21,663 nt of DNA from IMG/VR virus record IMGVR_UViG_3300013383_000018; one strand, 5' to 3'. Positions 12,153-21,663 of this stretch are shown here, piece after piece. The DNA is from a virus (Duplodnaviria > Heunggongvirae > Uroviricota > Caudoviricetes). How positions within the stretch are numbered: the stretch's first letter is position 1; each line of letters opens with the position of its first letter. A model generated the notes under the pieces. It ran no database searches and was not told where the DNA came from. It worked only from the letters and a program-made list of their open reading frames with translations. Made by a program: the position numbers and the translations under genes.

Positions 12153-12716
12153 TCAGAATTGAATCACGGCATCTTCGTCCACTGGGTCGTTGCCGCTATT
12201 GCTTGTAAAATGAATAACGTCATCATCTTTAACGAGTTTGTCAATCTCCTTTTGGATGGCGTCCATATTGCTCTCCGTGTCCTCTGTTTTCTTCTGCATC
12301 TCGTAAATAGCCGAAAGCTGATGGTCGCAGATATAGTCGTCCATGTTCTTGGATTCCTCGACATAAAGCAGACACTCGCCACTCTTTGCGATGGTCGGGT
12401 TAGACGGCGTGCCCGAGAAGATTTGAAGCCATGAGCAAACTTCTCCGGGGAACTTTGTCAGTCGGCAAGAAACCGGAAATACATATTGGTAATAGGCTTC
12501 TTTGTATTTCTCGCTTTGGCGTTCCAGCCGCACGATGTCAGCTACACCGTCTGCACGGATGTAGCTCAAATAAGGGGTCGCAGTCAGCATATCGATTTCG
12601 CCGACCTGCAACGGAATCAGGTAGATGATTTTCTGATTCAAGTTGTCGCCCCTATAAATCGGTTCATTCACAGTGATAACGAGGTTCATACTGTCATCCA
12701 GCTTGATATAAATCAC
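12153..12716 (-). CDS. 187-aa baseplate-associated protein, BppU-N-like (start revised from 12725 to GTG 12716)
   Basis: GGAGGT (12724-12729) overlaps the GTG at 12725 but sits 7 nt before the GTG at 12716. LTKFPGEVCSWLQI...KS..CLLYVEES resembles BppU-type Ig-like domains. Confidence 0.6.
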   Translation of the reverse strand: MIYIKLDDSMNLVITVNEPIYRGDNLNQKIIYLIPLQVGEIDMLTATPYLSYIRADGVADIVRLERQSEKYKEAYYQYVFPVSCRLTKFPGEVCSWLQIFSGTPSNPTIAKSGECLLYVEESKNMDDYICDHQLSAIYEMQKKTEDTESNMDAIQKEIDKLVKDDDVIHFTSNSGNDPVDEDAVIQF

Positions 12717-12734
12717 TCGCGTCACCTCCGTTCG

Positions 12735-13661
12735 TTATAGGATAATGTAGTCGATGTCTTCCAGCGCCATATCGTCATAAGTCAGCAGCGTATCTGCGTC
12801 CATTTCGTTGAGCAGTCTATGCCGCTTCAAGATTGGCGTGGCTGCTGCTGACAACAAAATGCCACCCTTTTCCGGTGCCATAAATTGTGTGATTTTCTCC
12901 GTGATGCCAGCAAGGATTTCGACTGTACTCTGTATTGCCTCATACTTTTTTGCCGTTCCATCTGCACTTGCGGAGAGCTCAATTCCAGATTCGCCGCTAC
13001 CGAGAGAAAAGTGAATCTCTGTTTCAATGACAGCGGCGGCAATCTGCATAGCTGTCCCCGCCGCAGTATAGAAACGGTAGCAAAGGTCAACGATTTCCGC
13101 ACTCGGTTCGACCGGAGCATCAATGGTCAGGAAATTTTGTTCTGAAATCTGGCGCACCTTGGTGTCAACTGGAAGTGCCGCCGCAGGGCGGAGAAGACTA
13201 TTCTTGAGAGACTGGCGCACTTCAGCGTCAATGTTCATTCTCGAACCGCCTTCGCCCAACGACTTAGCAACCATAGCATCTATAGATGCGGCGGTGATTT
13301 GCAGCTTGTCTTCAACGCTCATAAACATATTCCGAAGCGTTTGCAAATCATCGTTTGGAGCAATCTCAATGACGGTTGGGACAGGATTGAGAACATAGTG
13401 CGTTTGGAACTCCAAATCGATGCTCCAAGTTGATGCCATGTGCAGCCGCTCATTACAGGTCTTAATCATCTTGTCGATATGCGAGACCAGCTCGGAGCCA
13501 GTTTCAACAGCGATGAACTTCTGGAGGGTATAGCTCTCAAGGCAACTCTCCAAAATCATACGGTTCGTCGCGGTCAATCCATCACGGAATGGAATGGAGT
13601 AGACGATAATGTCGCATTCAGTAAGTCGTTTGTTTAGGTAAATATCAAACTCTTTTGCCAT
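12735..13661 (-). CDS. 308-aa hypothetical virion protein
   Basis: RBS AAGGAG, in-operon, with an acidic C-terminal tail. No recognisable family. Confidence 0.7.
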   Translation of the reverse strand: MAKEFDIYLNKRLTECDIIVYSIPFRDGLTATNRMILESCLESYTLQKFIAVETGSELVSHIDKMIKTCNERLHMASTWSIDLEFQTHYVLNPVPTVIEIAPNDDLQTLRNMFMSVEDKLQITAASIDAMVAKSLGEGGSRMNIDAEVRQSLKNSLLRPAAALPVDTKVRQISEQNFLTIDAPVEPSAEIVDLCYRFYTAAGTAMQIAAAVIETEIHFSLGSGESGIELSASADGTAKKYEAIQSTVEILAGITEKITQFMAPEKGGILLSAAATPILKRHRLLNEMDADTLLTYDDMALEDIDYIIL

Positions 13662-13679
13662 ATGCGACTCAACTCCTTA

Positions 13680-14087
13680 TCAGGTGGGGTTCTGAGCAGA
13701 CAGAGACAGGTAGCCTTCCTTGATGGTCATAATGGTTGCAGTCTCAACGCTACGCGGTGTAGAGAGCGTACCATACATCAGGAGATTGCCCTCGCCAACA
13801 GTGGCGGAATCGTAAATAACGAAATGGGTAATCGTGCCCCAGCTCGCAGTTGATTCATTGAAGTTAATAGCCTGACTGTTGGTGACAACGCCGTCAACCG
13901 GCTCACCAAGGGAACTCAACTTTACACGAGCATAGCCAGCATCTGTGGACGGCTCGTTTACACCAGTACCATTGATAGCAGGGGCGCTGGTGCTCAAGCC
14001 AATGTAATAGGTCTTTGGCAGAGCAGGAGACGTTTTCGTGTTGAAAATATTGCCTGCCGCACAATTCAGAAAGTAGGTTGTATTCAT
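13680..14087 (-). CDS. 135-aa minor tail / fibre-base protein
   Basis: RBS GAGGAGG. The YIGLSTSAP...EPS...GYARV...WGTITHF.IYDS..G.GNLL.YG.L pattern is common in phage tail modules. Confidence 0.7.
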   Translation of the reverse strand: MNTTYFLNCAAGNIFNTKTSPALPKTYYIGLSTSAPAINGTGVNEPSTDAGYARVKLSSLGEPVDGVVTNSQAINFNESTASWGTITHFVIYDSATVGEGNLLMYGTLSTPRSVETATIMTIKEGYLSLSAQNPT

Positions 14088-14111
14088 AGAATCTGTCCTC
14101 CTCTAAAAATG

Positions 14112-14151
14112 GGCATAATAAAAGCCGGTGCATACGCCCCGGTTTATTGCC
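14112..14151 (-). terminator. Candidate intrinsic terminator after the 127-aa gene
   Basis: Minus strand AATAAACCGG-GGCGTATGCA-CCGGCTTTTATTAT: a CCGG/CCGG stem followed by a U-rich tract, overlapping the stop codon. Confidence 0.4.
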
Positions 14152-14527
14152 TGATGAAACTCTTGTTGATATTATTGGTAATAAATAAGATGCCTTGTTT
14201 GGGAATCTCAATATTGCCGTTAATATCTTTGATAGTGATTTGATAGATGTACTTACCACACAAATCTACCGTGTCCAACGGGTCTAATGTAACCGCCAAC
14301 ACATTTTCTGCGGTGACATCATCGTTAAAATGTGATTCCATTGGCTTCGTAAGAATCGGTACACCTGTCTTGTTGGTAAAGCTAACAATAGAGAAGTTTG
14401 CCGTACACCCACTCAGCGCAAACGGCTGGTGGTTCTTATAGAAGTAGGTGTAGAACGCAAAGTCCTGCGTCTCTCCAGCTACGAAGTCAATGGTCGGTAA
14501 CGTATATGGGCTGTAATCACAGGGCAT
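14144..14527 (-). CDS. 127-aa baseplate-associated Ig-like (BppU-N-like) protein
   Basis: RBS AAAGGTGGTG. The pattern GETQDF.F...LSGCTANF...VTLDPLDT..L.GKYIYQITI..G.L.I fits this fold. Confidence 0.6.
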   Translation of the reverse strand: MPCDYSPYTLPTIDFVAGETQDFAFYTYFYKNHQPFALSGCTANFSIVSFTNKTGVPILTKPMESHFNDDVTAENVLAVTLDPLDTVDLCGKYIYQITIKDINGNIEIPKQGILFITNNINKSFIRQ

Positions 14528-14542
14528 ATAGGTTCACCACCT

Positions 14543-14728
14543 TTACTTTTTCTTTTCGCCATCTGCTGCGGAAGCCTTTTCGATAGAAGCATCACTCAGC
14601 ATAGCGGCAACCTCCTCGATAACAGCAATGCTGCCACTCAGATTTGCAAGGTTTTGTTTGCCGTTTACACTAACTGCGTTCAACGCATTCAGAACAGCGG
14701 CAAGTCGATTCATAATCTCGTCTTTCAT
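14543..14728 (-). CDS. 61-aa helical hypothetical protein
   Basis: RBS AAGGAG, and it fills the gap between Tal and the next gene. Confidence 0.7.
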   Translation of the reverse strand: MKDEIMNRLAAVLNALNAVSVNGKQNLANLSGSIAVIEEVAAMLSDASIEKASAADGEKKK

Positions 14729-14833
14729 ATGGCTCTCCTTTATATCTTTTGGGTAAATAAAATCGGGAGCGGAACACCATAGGATGTGCCACTCCTTACA
14801 AAAGCCTTCGGGTGCTTTTCAATCGTGGAGTTA

Positions 14834-17800
14834 TTATGCTTCAATTGCTTGAAGTTTCTGTTCGAGCTCGTCAATACGCCGGTACAATCGCTGAATCATG
14901 TAAGTGTTCAGGGAAATGAATTCTGCATAGCGCAGGGAATACTCGTCTGTATATTTTGAATGTGCATCATTCAGTCCGGAGCACTTTACTAATCCAGCAA
15001 AATCCTGCGTACTAAGACCACTATCACGCAATGCGTCTTCTACTTCTTGCGCGATAAAGCCAGTATGGAACCTACCACTTCGACCAGAATTAAACCGATA
15101 GACGCTCGGCTGCAAACGCATAAAAAATGGGATGTACCTGTCTAAGTCGGACGAGATATTGTTTTTCAATCGCCTGTCCGAAGAGGTGTCTATATCCGTA
15201 CTTGCAACAATACGGGTACTTGTGACAACAAATGATTCACCATCGGATTGCATACGGACACCAGCATTTGTAGCGATAAAATAAAACTCCTCATTAGACC
15301 CATACATTTTAGCACCATAGGTGTAACGACCAGTACCGTCAGAACCAAGTGCACACTTGAAGCCACCCCAATCACTGCCGAGAGTTATAATATCAGCATC
15401 AATAGTACCAGAGCGGATGTAATTTGCATTGATATATAGCCTGTTCGATGTTGAATCGCTAAAAATGCCAAACCGCGTGCTTCCGTTAGTAAGCATATTG
15501 AAAATATCTCTGTCGCTCAATGCATTATCGTAGGCAGCCTGCAAAGCGGTGTTCGCCAAGTTGTATGCATCACCTGCATTTGAGTTCGCGGTGTTTGCAA
15601 GGTTGTAGGCGGTATTAGCTCTCTGATATGAGCTGCTATTTCCAACGTTTGATTCTGTGACAGAAGCCCAGTTGATTGATGAACCAGCAGCCATTGTGAT
15701 GCTACCTCGAACAGAAACATTACCACTGGCATCGACTGTAAAATTGCCGTTTCCAACATTCAGTCCATTGAGATTGAGGTATCCAGCGGTGAACTCATAG
15801 TTGCTATTCATCATGGAATTGCCAGACTTGTCCTTGAACGATGCGCCAGACACGACACCTTGAAACGTACCACTCTTTGCATACATATCGCCATTCTTTT
15901 TTACCCAGAATTTCGCAGATGCGGGAGCGGCTGCACCAGCCCACATTGCATAGGCGGAGTTAGCATTTGTGCCAGAACCGTTCAGAGCGATATAGTCACT
16001 TCCACTACCAGCGTGGAGGTAATCGTCTTCAATAGTGAAACCACCGATTTTACCGGAAGTAGCAGAAACCTTACCACGGATGTAGACGCTGCCATCATCG
16101 ATATCGAGATAGAAATTTGCATTCTGAGGCATCCCGTCATCGTCGAACAGAATGTTATCACGACTGCGACCAAGGCTAATAAATGACGGATAAACAGTTG
16201 TGCCATCTACGGAGTACAGGTCGCCTGTGCCTGCAGCAATACCATACATAGGGTCAATGAGAATCTTGCCGCCATTGTCCTTTTGGAGAACAAATGTGGA
16301 GTTATTCAACCATGCGCCACTTGAGTCCACCTTGAACTGCATGACACCGTCGTCGGTCTCATTCTCAATAACAAGATTGTTACCAACAATAAGCTTACCG
16401 CCGATAACCTCTGCGTTCACACCAAAGTACGTTCCAACCTCGTCGGACGCAAACAGACCAATAGCAAGCTTTGCGGTCGCCCAGTTATCGTCGGTCATAG
16501 CAATCATGCTATCTACAATGCGAAGCTGATACTTGGAATCACCTCCGACATGGATACCGCTACCGTTGATAACAACACTTTGGTTCTTGGCGGCAATAAT
16601 TGTATTGACTGCCGCATCCAATGAGCTCTTCATAAACTTCGAGACTGACGCGGCTTGATTTGCAGCCTGATTATACAAATACTTGTTGGCATCGAAGCTG
16701 CGGCTGGTAGAGTAGCTGGTCTCTACCATATCTTTCAATGTATTGACATAGTCTTTTCGCTTAAAACGATTTGAGAAGACAACCGAGAAATTGCTGTGCT
16801 TTTCAAAATCTAACTCAAACTCGATGATATATGGCGTGATTGTCTGCTTACCGCCGACGTTGAGATACACGCCCTTACCAAGTTCCAAACGGTTTCGAAA
16901 CGGTGCGAATTCTTTGGCAAATACGAAGTTTGCAGAGTCAACCGAAAATTCATATGTAGGTGTAGCCAAATCTGCAAGAACATCCAGCGCGTAGTCATAC
17001 AGTTCCAACTGCACAGAGTATTTTTGGTAATCACTGACATTTGCCGTCAAATACATAGAGCCAGTGCCGCAGACAAACGAAATCTTGCTGCCTTCCCGTG
17101 TAGTTACCTCATCGATGGTCACATCTCTAATGTCAGATGAAAAAGATGACAACGAACCGACAAGCGTGATTGTGCCGCTTGAAGCCTTTGTCGTATTGAC
17201 AGTGATTGACCCTGCGTACAAACTCAGCACATACTGGTTATCTGAACCAACCTCCAGTGTGCCACGAATAATATCGCCAGTGATATTGTGGCTTCCACTG
17301 AAAGCAAAGTTGCCACCAGAAAGTACATACATCTTCTTTTGAAACTCGTTGGTCAAATCGACCTCAGAAATTGAAGAGGCATCTACGGAAACTCTTTCGT
17401 TTACCAGTGAGTAGGAACTACCAGATACAGTCGTATCAACACTTGTGGCGACAAAAGTGTCTTCGGTAATATCCTGCTCAATAATGTACTTGCGCAAAAT
17501 TGCATACTCTTCTTCTGAAAAAAACTTACTGATAGACAGTTCGTTGACAACAGCTTGAATCTGCTCTGCATACGGCTTGATGTTCGCTTCAAGCGCAGCA
17601 ATCTCATCTTCTTTTGCAGCAATCTCAGCCTTCTTCGCGGCAATCTTCTGGTTGATTTCATCAAGCAACTTCTGCTGGTTAGCCTTGCCGGTTGATGTGG
17701 TTTCCATTGCAAGCGCCTGAATCGTAACGCTTTGCTGTGCAGTAAGCGTATCAAGCTCACCCTTCAAATCCGCGAGTGCAGCTTGCGTTGCAAGTAACGT

Positions 17801-18718
17801 GGAAGATGCGGATGCCTGTAACGCTACCAAACCTTTGTAGTATGTTTGGCGATTGAGGACAGTACGTTGCCATGCTTCCCACTTTGCAGCAAGGGCATCA
17901 GGAAGGTCACCGTTCGCAATGAAATAGCTAAGGTCGTAAATCCAGTTGGAGCCGATGGGGTTGACCTCTCGGATATCTACATCATCACTACCATACGGTC
18001 TGATTGCAGTAACCAATTCATCGGTCACCTCTTCGATATCAAGGCTCTCAACCAGATTATCAAAGTCCAGATAAATGGGAAGCGTCTCTAATTCGATATC
18101 GGCGTCATAGACATTGATACTGCGCTCGTAAGGGTCAAACACGAACACACAGCGGAACTTGTCTTGGCAGTCGCCATACAGGAAGGACATAAGGTAATCG
18201 TCATACCCATCGAATGTACGATAGCGCTGGGCAACAGACGGAGCAACATAGCCCATATGCCAGCCATCGGCAACCTCAAGGACTCTACCGATGATAGTGT
18301 CCGGGTCGTTATGGTTTGTCTGATTGAAGAACTTGAATGTACTACCGTCATCGCCGTCTTCAAGGAAGAATTTCTTTGTGTCGAGAACTTTTTCCAAAGA
18401 GTAGCACTGAACGTGTTTCACATCGGAAATACCATCAGCACTTGTTGTCGGGTTCATAACAACGTAGATACCATAGTGTTCGGTGTAGATGACCTTATAT
18501 CCAACAAGCTCGTCATAAATCCAGTTCTTCTCGCCATCAAGGATGGCAGGAACATCGAATGTCATTTCGCTTGGTTCTGCAAACTTGACGGACAGCTTTA
18601 GGTTATAGACACCGGGGATAACCCCAATAGTCTCCTCATGCATCGTCTTCAGGACGAGCGTAGGCGTTTCGGGCGTGCCGTTTTTATCAAACGCCAATTT
18701 GGAATAATCAAGATACAA
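14834..18718 (-). CDS. Tal / tail-tip spike protein (1294 aa) with a C-terminal peptidase-S74-like intramolecular chaperone
   Basis: TTG start 8 nt after AGGAGGT (18727-18733), and it follows Dit. It has a prophage-tail-type N-terminus, a coiled coil at about aa 290-400 and Gly-rich beta repeats. The C-terminus TS-SDRRLKNNI...GFIAQEVE...LRY.EF...IQ.L..RIDELE is the S74 chaperone signature. Confidence 0.88.
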   Translation of the reverse strand: MYLDYSKLAFDKNGTPETPTLVLKTMHEETIGVIPGVYNLKLSVKFAEPSEMTFDVPAILDGEKNWIYDELVGYKVIYTEHYGIYVVMNPTTSADGISDVKHVQCYSLEKVLDTKKFFLEDGDDGSTFKFFNQTNHNDPDTIIGRVLEVADGWHMGYVAPSVAQRYRTFDGYDDYLMSFLYGDCQDKFRCVFVFDPYERSINVYDADIELETLPIYLDFDNLVESLDIEEVTDELVTAIRPYGSDDVDIREVNPIGSNWIYDLSYFIANGDLPDALAAKWEAWQRTVLNRQTYYKGLVALQASASSTLLATQAALADLKGELDTLTAQQSVTIQALAMETTSTGKANQQKLLDEINQKIAAKKAEIAAKEDEIAALEANIKPYAEQIQAVVNELSISKFFSEEEYAILRKYIIEQDITEDTFVATSVDTTVSGSSYSLVNERVSVDASSISEVDLTNEFQKKMYVLSGGNFAFSGSHNITGDIIRGTLEVGSDNQYVLSLYAGSITVNTTKASSGTITLVGSLSSFSSDIRDVTIDEVTTREGSKISFVCGTGSMYLTANVSDYQKYSVQLELYDYALDVLADLATPTYEFSVDSANFVFAKEFAPFRNRLELGKGVYLNVGGKQTITPYIIEFELDFEKHSNFSVVFSNRFKRKDYVNTLKDMVETSYSTSRSFDANKYLYNQAANQAASVSKFMKSSLDAAVNTIIAAKNQSVVINGSGIHVGGDSKYQLRIVDSMIAMTDDNWATAKLAIGLFASDEVGTYFGVNAEVIGGKLIVGNNLVIENETDDGVMQFKVDSSGAWLNNSTFVLQKDNGGKILIDPMYGIAAGTGDLYSVDGTTVYPSFISLGRSRDNILFDDDGMPQNANFYLDIDDGSVYIRGKVSATSGKIGGFTIEDDYLHAGSGSDYIALNGSGTNANSAYAMWAGAAAPASAKFWVKKNGDMYAKSGTFQGVVSGASFKDKSGNSMMNSNYEFTAGYLNLNGLNVGNGNFTVDASGNVSVRGSITMAAGSSINWASVTESNVGNSSSYQRANTAYNLANTANSNAGDAYNLANTALQAAYDNALSDRDIFNMLTNGSTRFGIFSDSTSNRLYINANYIRSGTIDADIITLGSDWGGFKCALGSDGTGRYTYGAKMYGSNEEFYFIATNAGVRMQSDGESFVVTSTRIVASTDIDTSSDRRLKNNISSDLDRYIPFFMRLQPSVYRFNSGRSGRFHTGFIAQEVEDALRDSGLSTQDFAGLVKCSGLNDAHSKYTDEYSLRYAEFISLNTYMIQRLYRRIDELEQKLQAIEA
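15546..15610 (-). repeat. 14-aa tandem duplication AYNLANTA in Tal
   Basis: gcggtgttcgccaagttgtatgc (15546-15568) and gcggtgtttgcaaggttgtaggc (15588-15610), 42-nt period. Confidence 0.8.
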
Positions 18719-18732
18719 TCCGCAACACCTCC

Positions 18733-19518
18733 TTATCCTGCAACATTGTATAAGAACCTGCCAGAGATGGTCAGCACGCCATCACCGGTTACTTTGATAT
18801 TATTGTCTCCGTGAACCAAGCGGAAGAAGTTGAGATTGAATCCATCGTATAGGTTGTAACCACTTGAGAGCTCTTGAATGATGCCGTTGCTGTTGTTGAC
18901 GAAAACAGATGCACCGCTTGGAATGCCAGTCAACTTGAACTCTCGGTTGTCATCATTCAGATTTACAAGAGACAAAGTTCTTGTGCTGGATGCAGGTGCG
19001 AACGAAATCTCAGGCTTGAGATATTCACGCACCGAGCTTTCGTTGCGGAACAGAATGGTAGTCTCACCGGAAATCGTGTACTGCTTTTCAAACGGGTAGC
19101 TATACGCATAAGGGCAATCGCATTGAATGGTCGCCTGAAATGCGACGGGTAACCATCCATGTGAGATGGGGGTCAACTCAGTGACCATGCAGCGAAATTG
19201 AAGCTGCTCCATGTCCTGTTGCCCGATGGAAAGCCACTTGTACTCTTTGCGTCCAGTCAACCAATAAGCGATATCTTCAAGCTCATACCGGTCGAGCTCG
19301 CGCTCGGCACCAAAAACCAACTTGAATTCAAGTGGCTTACTGTGGTAATTCGTTCCAAAGTAAATTGGCTGAATCCGATTGTTTGTTCTCGTTTCGACGA
19401 TGGATGCTTTGTTACCAAAGCTCACATCGCTTTGACCTCTGCCACCAATGTCATAGACCATAAGCCCATACATCGCAGAGGACTCTCCGTCAAAAGTAAA
19501 CTCATAACAGTTAAACAT
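18733..19518 (-). CDS. Distal tail protein (Dit, siphovirus-type tail component), 261 aa
   Basis: Lies between tape measure and Tal. It has the FTFDGESS.MYGL start, LEFKL.F, IAYWL, ATIQCDCPYAYS and a final F.LVHGDNNIKVTG. Confidence 0.85.
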   Translation of the reverse strand: MFNCYEFTFDGESSAMYGLMVYDIGGRGQSDVSFGNKASIVETRTNNRIQPIYFGTNYHSKPLEFKLVFGAERELDRYELEDIAYWLTGRKEYKWLSIGQQDMEQLQFRCMVTELTPISHGWLPVAFQATIQCDCPYAYSYPFEKQYTISGETTILFRNESSVREYLKPEISFAPASSTRTLSLVNLNDDNREFKLTGIPSGASVFVNNSNGIIQELSSGYNLYDGFNLNFFRLVHGDNNIKVTGDGVLTISGRFLYNVAG

Positions 19519-19553
19519 GGTTTACCGCATCCATCTCCTTTCATAAAATATCA

Positions 19554-19583
19554 GTGGGAGGGAGACTGAAGCTCCCTCCGCAC
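19554..19583. terminator. Hairpin after the tape measure gene
   Basis: GGAGGGAG-7 nt-CTCCCTCC (19557-19579), 8 bp plus 3 bp beyond a bulge. The U-tract is weak. Confidence 0.4.
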
Positions 19584-19585
19584 CG

Positions 19586-21663
19586 TTAACGTTTTATATT
19601 CAGTTGTTTGATGACATCATTGGTGAACTGCCGATTGATTTCACGATGTTTCTCAACCGTTTCTTCATTTGCTCCATAAATGATAACATCGCCAAAGGAC
19701 ACGCTGGGTGCCTGTGTGTTATTGATTGGAGCGAAAGCAGAAGCAGCCTTCGTAACATCACCTTGCATCTGACCGAACATACGGCTCATATCCGTAAGGG
19801 TGAGCAACTTGCTAAGCTTGTCCGACAGTGCGGTAGTGAAATCAATAATGCGATAGAGACCGGCTTCTTTCTTCGCGTCGAGAACCGCCTCACCCTTTTC
19901 GAGGACAGCGAGAATCTCATTTTGCTTTAGAGTCGGCTGGTCGCCTGCGATACCACCAGTGTGGTAAATGTACTTACGATACTTCTCATAAAGAAGTGCA
20001 CCACCATCCACATACCACGTTCCGTTTTGGCGGTAAGCATTCACGCCGTACTGACCGAGCATTGCGCCAAGGGTCAGGTTGCGCTTGTCGAGCCGCGCTT
20101 TCTCTTCCTTACTGGCAGTATGGTGCGCTTGGCTATTCGCATACATCTCCTTGATGATAGCATGAATCATTTCCTCGTTGGAGGAACTGTTGTCATATGT
20201 CGTTTCACCAACAATGTAATTTGAACCAGCACCATTTGCAGCGTCGATATCAGCGCCAATGCTATTCAACGCATTGACGTAGCTTCCATATCTCTGTGCG
20301 GCAGCTAAGGCGTTTTCCCAAGCTGTCGTGATAGTGCTGCTCAGTTCATCGCCGTATTGATAGTTCCAAGCAATTAGCTCATCATATAATGAGCCCCAGT
20401 TTGACTGGATATATGCAATAGCCATATCATACAGCTTCTGATAAGAAGAGATGCTGTCCTCAAGCACTTTGATTTCTGCGTTTTTCTGCTCCTCATACGC
20501 TTTCTGCATATTGTCAAGTGCGCTTTTCTGAGCATCTACTGCATAATCTGACTGTGTGTCAGCAAGCTCTTTCTGGAGCTGAGACATTTCCTCTTCGAGC
20601 TTTGCCTTTTGCGCCTGTGCATCGCGGCTGTCATCTAAGGAAAGTGCATTGATACGAGCCTGCAATTTAGCGAGCGCCTTAACCTTCTCTGCTACCTTGT
20701 CTTGGTAATCTGCTTCCGACTTTGCAGCCTCCAAAGCTTCTTTGCGCAAAGAAATAATGTCAGCGTAGGCATCTTTCATATCCTCAAGCGCATCAATCTG
20801 GTCGTTGATACGTTGCTTGAGCATATCCATAACATACTTCAAGATGTCATCAAGACCATCTTTCATGTTGTTTAGTTCCTCTGCCGTTTTACCGGCAGTT
20901 TGACCGATACCACTAACGGCACTATCAGCCAAAGAACGAATTGCATTGATGTTATGGAGCGCAGCTTGATATTGGTCATCGTCCAGTCCAAGCAAGGCGA
21001 GGTTGGCGTACACCAATCCCCAAGTGGCGTTCGTAGCCTCTGTAGTGGCGTACAGAAGGTTATTCAGGTCTTCAATGGAGTTCTCCTGCAGCGCAAGACG
21101 GAGACGCTCGACATAGGTCATAGCCTGATTGAGAGCTAATTCTTGCGTCTTTGCAGCAAGCACCTTATTGATGTTCTCTTCGTTGATAACCAGCAATCCG
21201 TTTTCATCCATGAGGTATTGCATATACTGCGCACCCAGTTCGATAATAGACTGCAGGGTATCAATCGTGATATATCCGTTTGCGGCATATTCATCGGCTG
21301 CATTATGGAGCGTCTCATACACATTTTGGTATGCATCGACAACATCGCTTGCAGCAGTAACAATCTGCTTTAAGTAATCAATAATAGATTGCTTTGCAGA
21401 TTTGATGTCAGCCTTTAACGTGCGGAGAGAGGAAGCTCCCTCTTGGTTTGAGTCATTGAGAGACTCCATCGTATCGATGAGCTCTTCGGTTTTCTTCCTG
21501 AGTTCGTTAGTCTCTTCCTGAGTAGCACCATAAAGCTCGTTAAGGTGCTCCATGTTATGAACCATGAACTCGTTGGTCGTAGCGTCATAGCTTACACTGA
21601 ATCCAAGAGCTTCGAGTTCTGCCTTGCCGTTGGCAATGGTTTCACTACGAAGACTGTTCAGAA
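19586..21663 (-). CDS. Tape measure protein, 3' part (continues beyond the right edge)
   Basis: The frame stays open upstream of the ORF-track Met at 21565 to the window end (...LNSLRSETIANGKAELELAGFSVSYDATTNEFMVHN). It has long coiled-coil heptads and the C-terminal YHTGG...NEILAVLEKGEAVL motif, and lies directly upstream of Dit. Confidence 0.9.
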   Translation of the reverse strand, partial: LNSLRSETIANGKAELEALGFSVSYDATTNEFMVHNMEHLNELYGATQEETNELRKKTEELIDTMESLNDSNQEGASSLRTLKADIKSAKQSIIDYLKQIVTAASDVVDAYQNVYETLHNAADEYAANGYITIDTLQSIIELGAQYMQYLMDENGLLVINEENINKVLAAKTQELALNQAMTYVERLRLALQENSIEDLNNLLYATTEATNATWGLVYANLALLGLDDDQYQAALHNINAIRSLADSAVSGIGQTAGKTAEELNNMKDGLDDILKYVMDMLKQRINDQIDALEDMKDAYADIISLRKEALEAAKSEADYQDKVAEKVKALAKLQARINALSLDDSRDAQAQKAKLEEEMSQLQKELADTQSDYAVDAQKSALDNMQKAYEEQKNAEIKVLEDSISSYQKLYDMAIAYIQSNWGSLYDELIAWNYQYGDELSSTITTAWENALAAAQRYGSYVNALNSIGADIDAANGAGSNYIVGETTYDNSSSNEEMIHAIIKEMYANSQAHHTASKEEKARLDKRNLTLGAMLGQYGVNAYRQNGTWYVDGGALLYEKYRKYIYHTGGIAGDQPTLKQNEILAVLEKGEAVLDAKKEAGLYRIIDFTTALSDKLSKLLTLTDMSRMFGQMQGDVTKAASAFAPINNTQAPSVSFGDVIIYGANEETVEKHREINRQFTNDVIKQLNIKR

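Noticed and set aside
14766-14820. Two weak hairpins after tal, including a C-TTCG-G loop
   Set aside because: The stems are short with bulges or mismatches and the strand is ambiguous, so there is not enough to call a terminator.
6693-21663. Second VR or additional DGR target
   Set aside because: No other ORF in the window contains the WWxRSP...GVxPxF pattern or a TR-like sequence. Remote targets outside the window cannot be excluded.
1-21663. CRISPR array, tRNA/rRNA, IS element, integrase/att site or invertible shufflon
   Set aside because: No regularly spaced repeats, cloverleaf, transposase or recombinase, or inverted gene segments were seen. All genes are co-oriented.

Overview
The whole window is one minus-strand, tightly packed phage late operon. 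Its tape measure-Dit-Tal order suggests a siphovirus-type tail, and the strong AGGAGG-type RBSs and gene types suggest a Bacillota/Clostridia host (inference). Read right to left, it contains the 3' part of a tape measure gene, a distal tail protein, a 1294-aa Tal/tail-spike with a C-terminal S74-like chaperone, and about ten baseplate/fibre genes, three of which start with an Mtd-N-like domain. Next comes a complete diversity-generating retroelement (DGR): a 685-aa target whose 3' variable repeat (VR 4630-4757) differs from the template repeat (TR 3761-3888) at 19 of 128 positions, all at TR adenines, followed by avd, TR and a YMDD reverse transcriptase. After that come a coupled 133-aa ORF, two putative fibre chaperones, a 4-TM membrane protein and the 5' part of a two-catalytic-domain endolysin that the ORF track missed. 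The less expected observations are (i) a 3-for-3 pairing of a C-terminal 'DGGxA'-like peptide with an Mtd-N domain at the start of the next gene, suggesting a daisy-chained fibre; (ii) an ORF that exactly tiles the avd-RT gap through TR; (iii) twin palindromes 63 bp apart around a TATAAT upstream of avd; and (iv) an internal RBS plus TTG start in the endolysin. All domain names come from motif recognition by eye, not from database searches.
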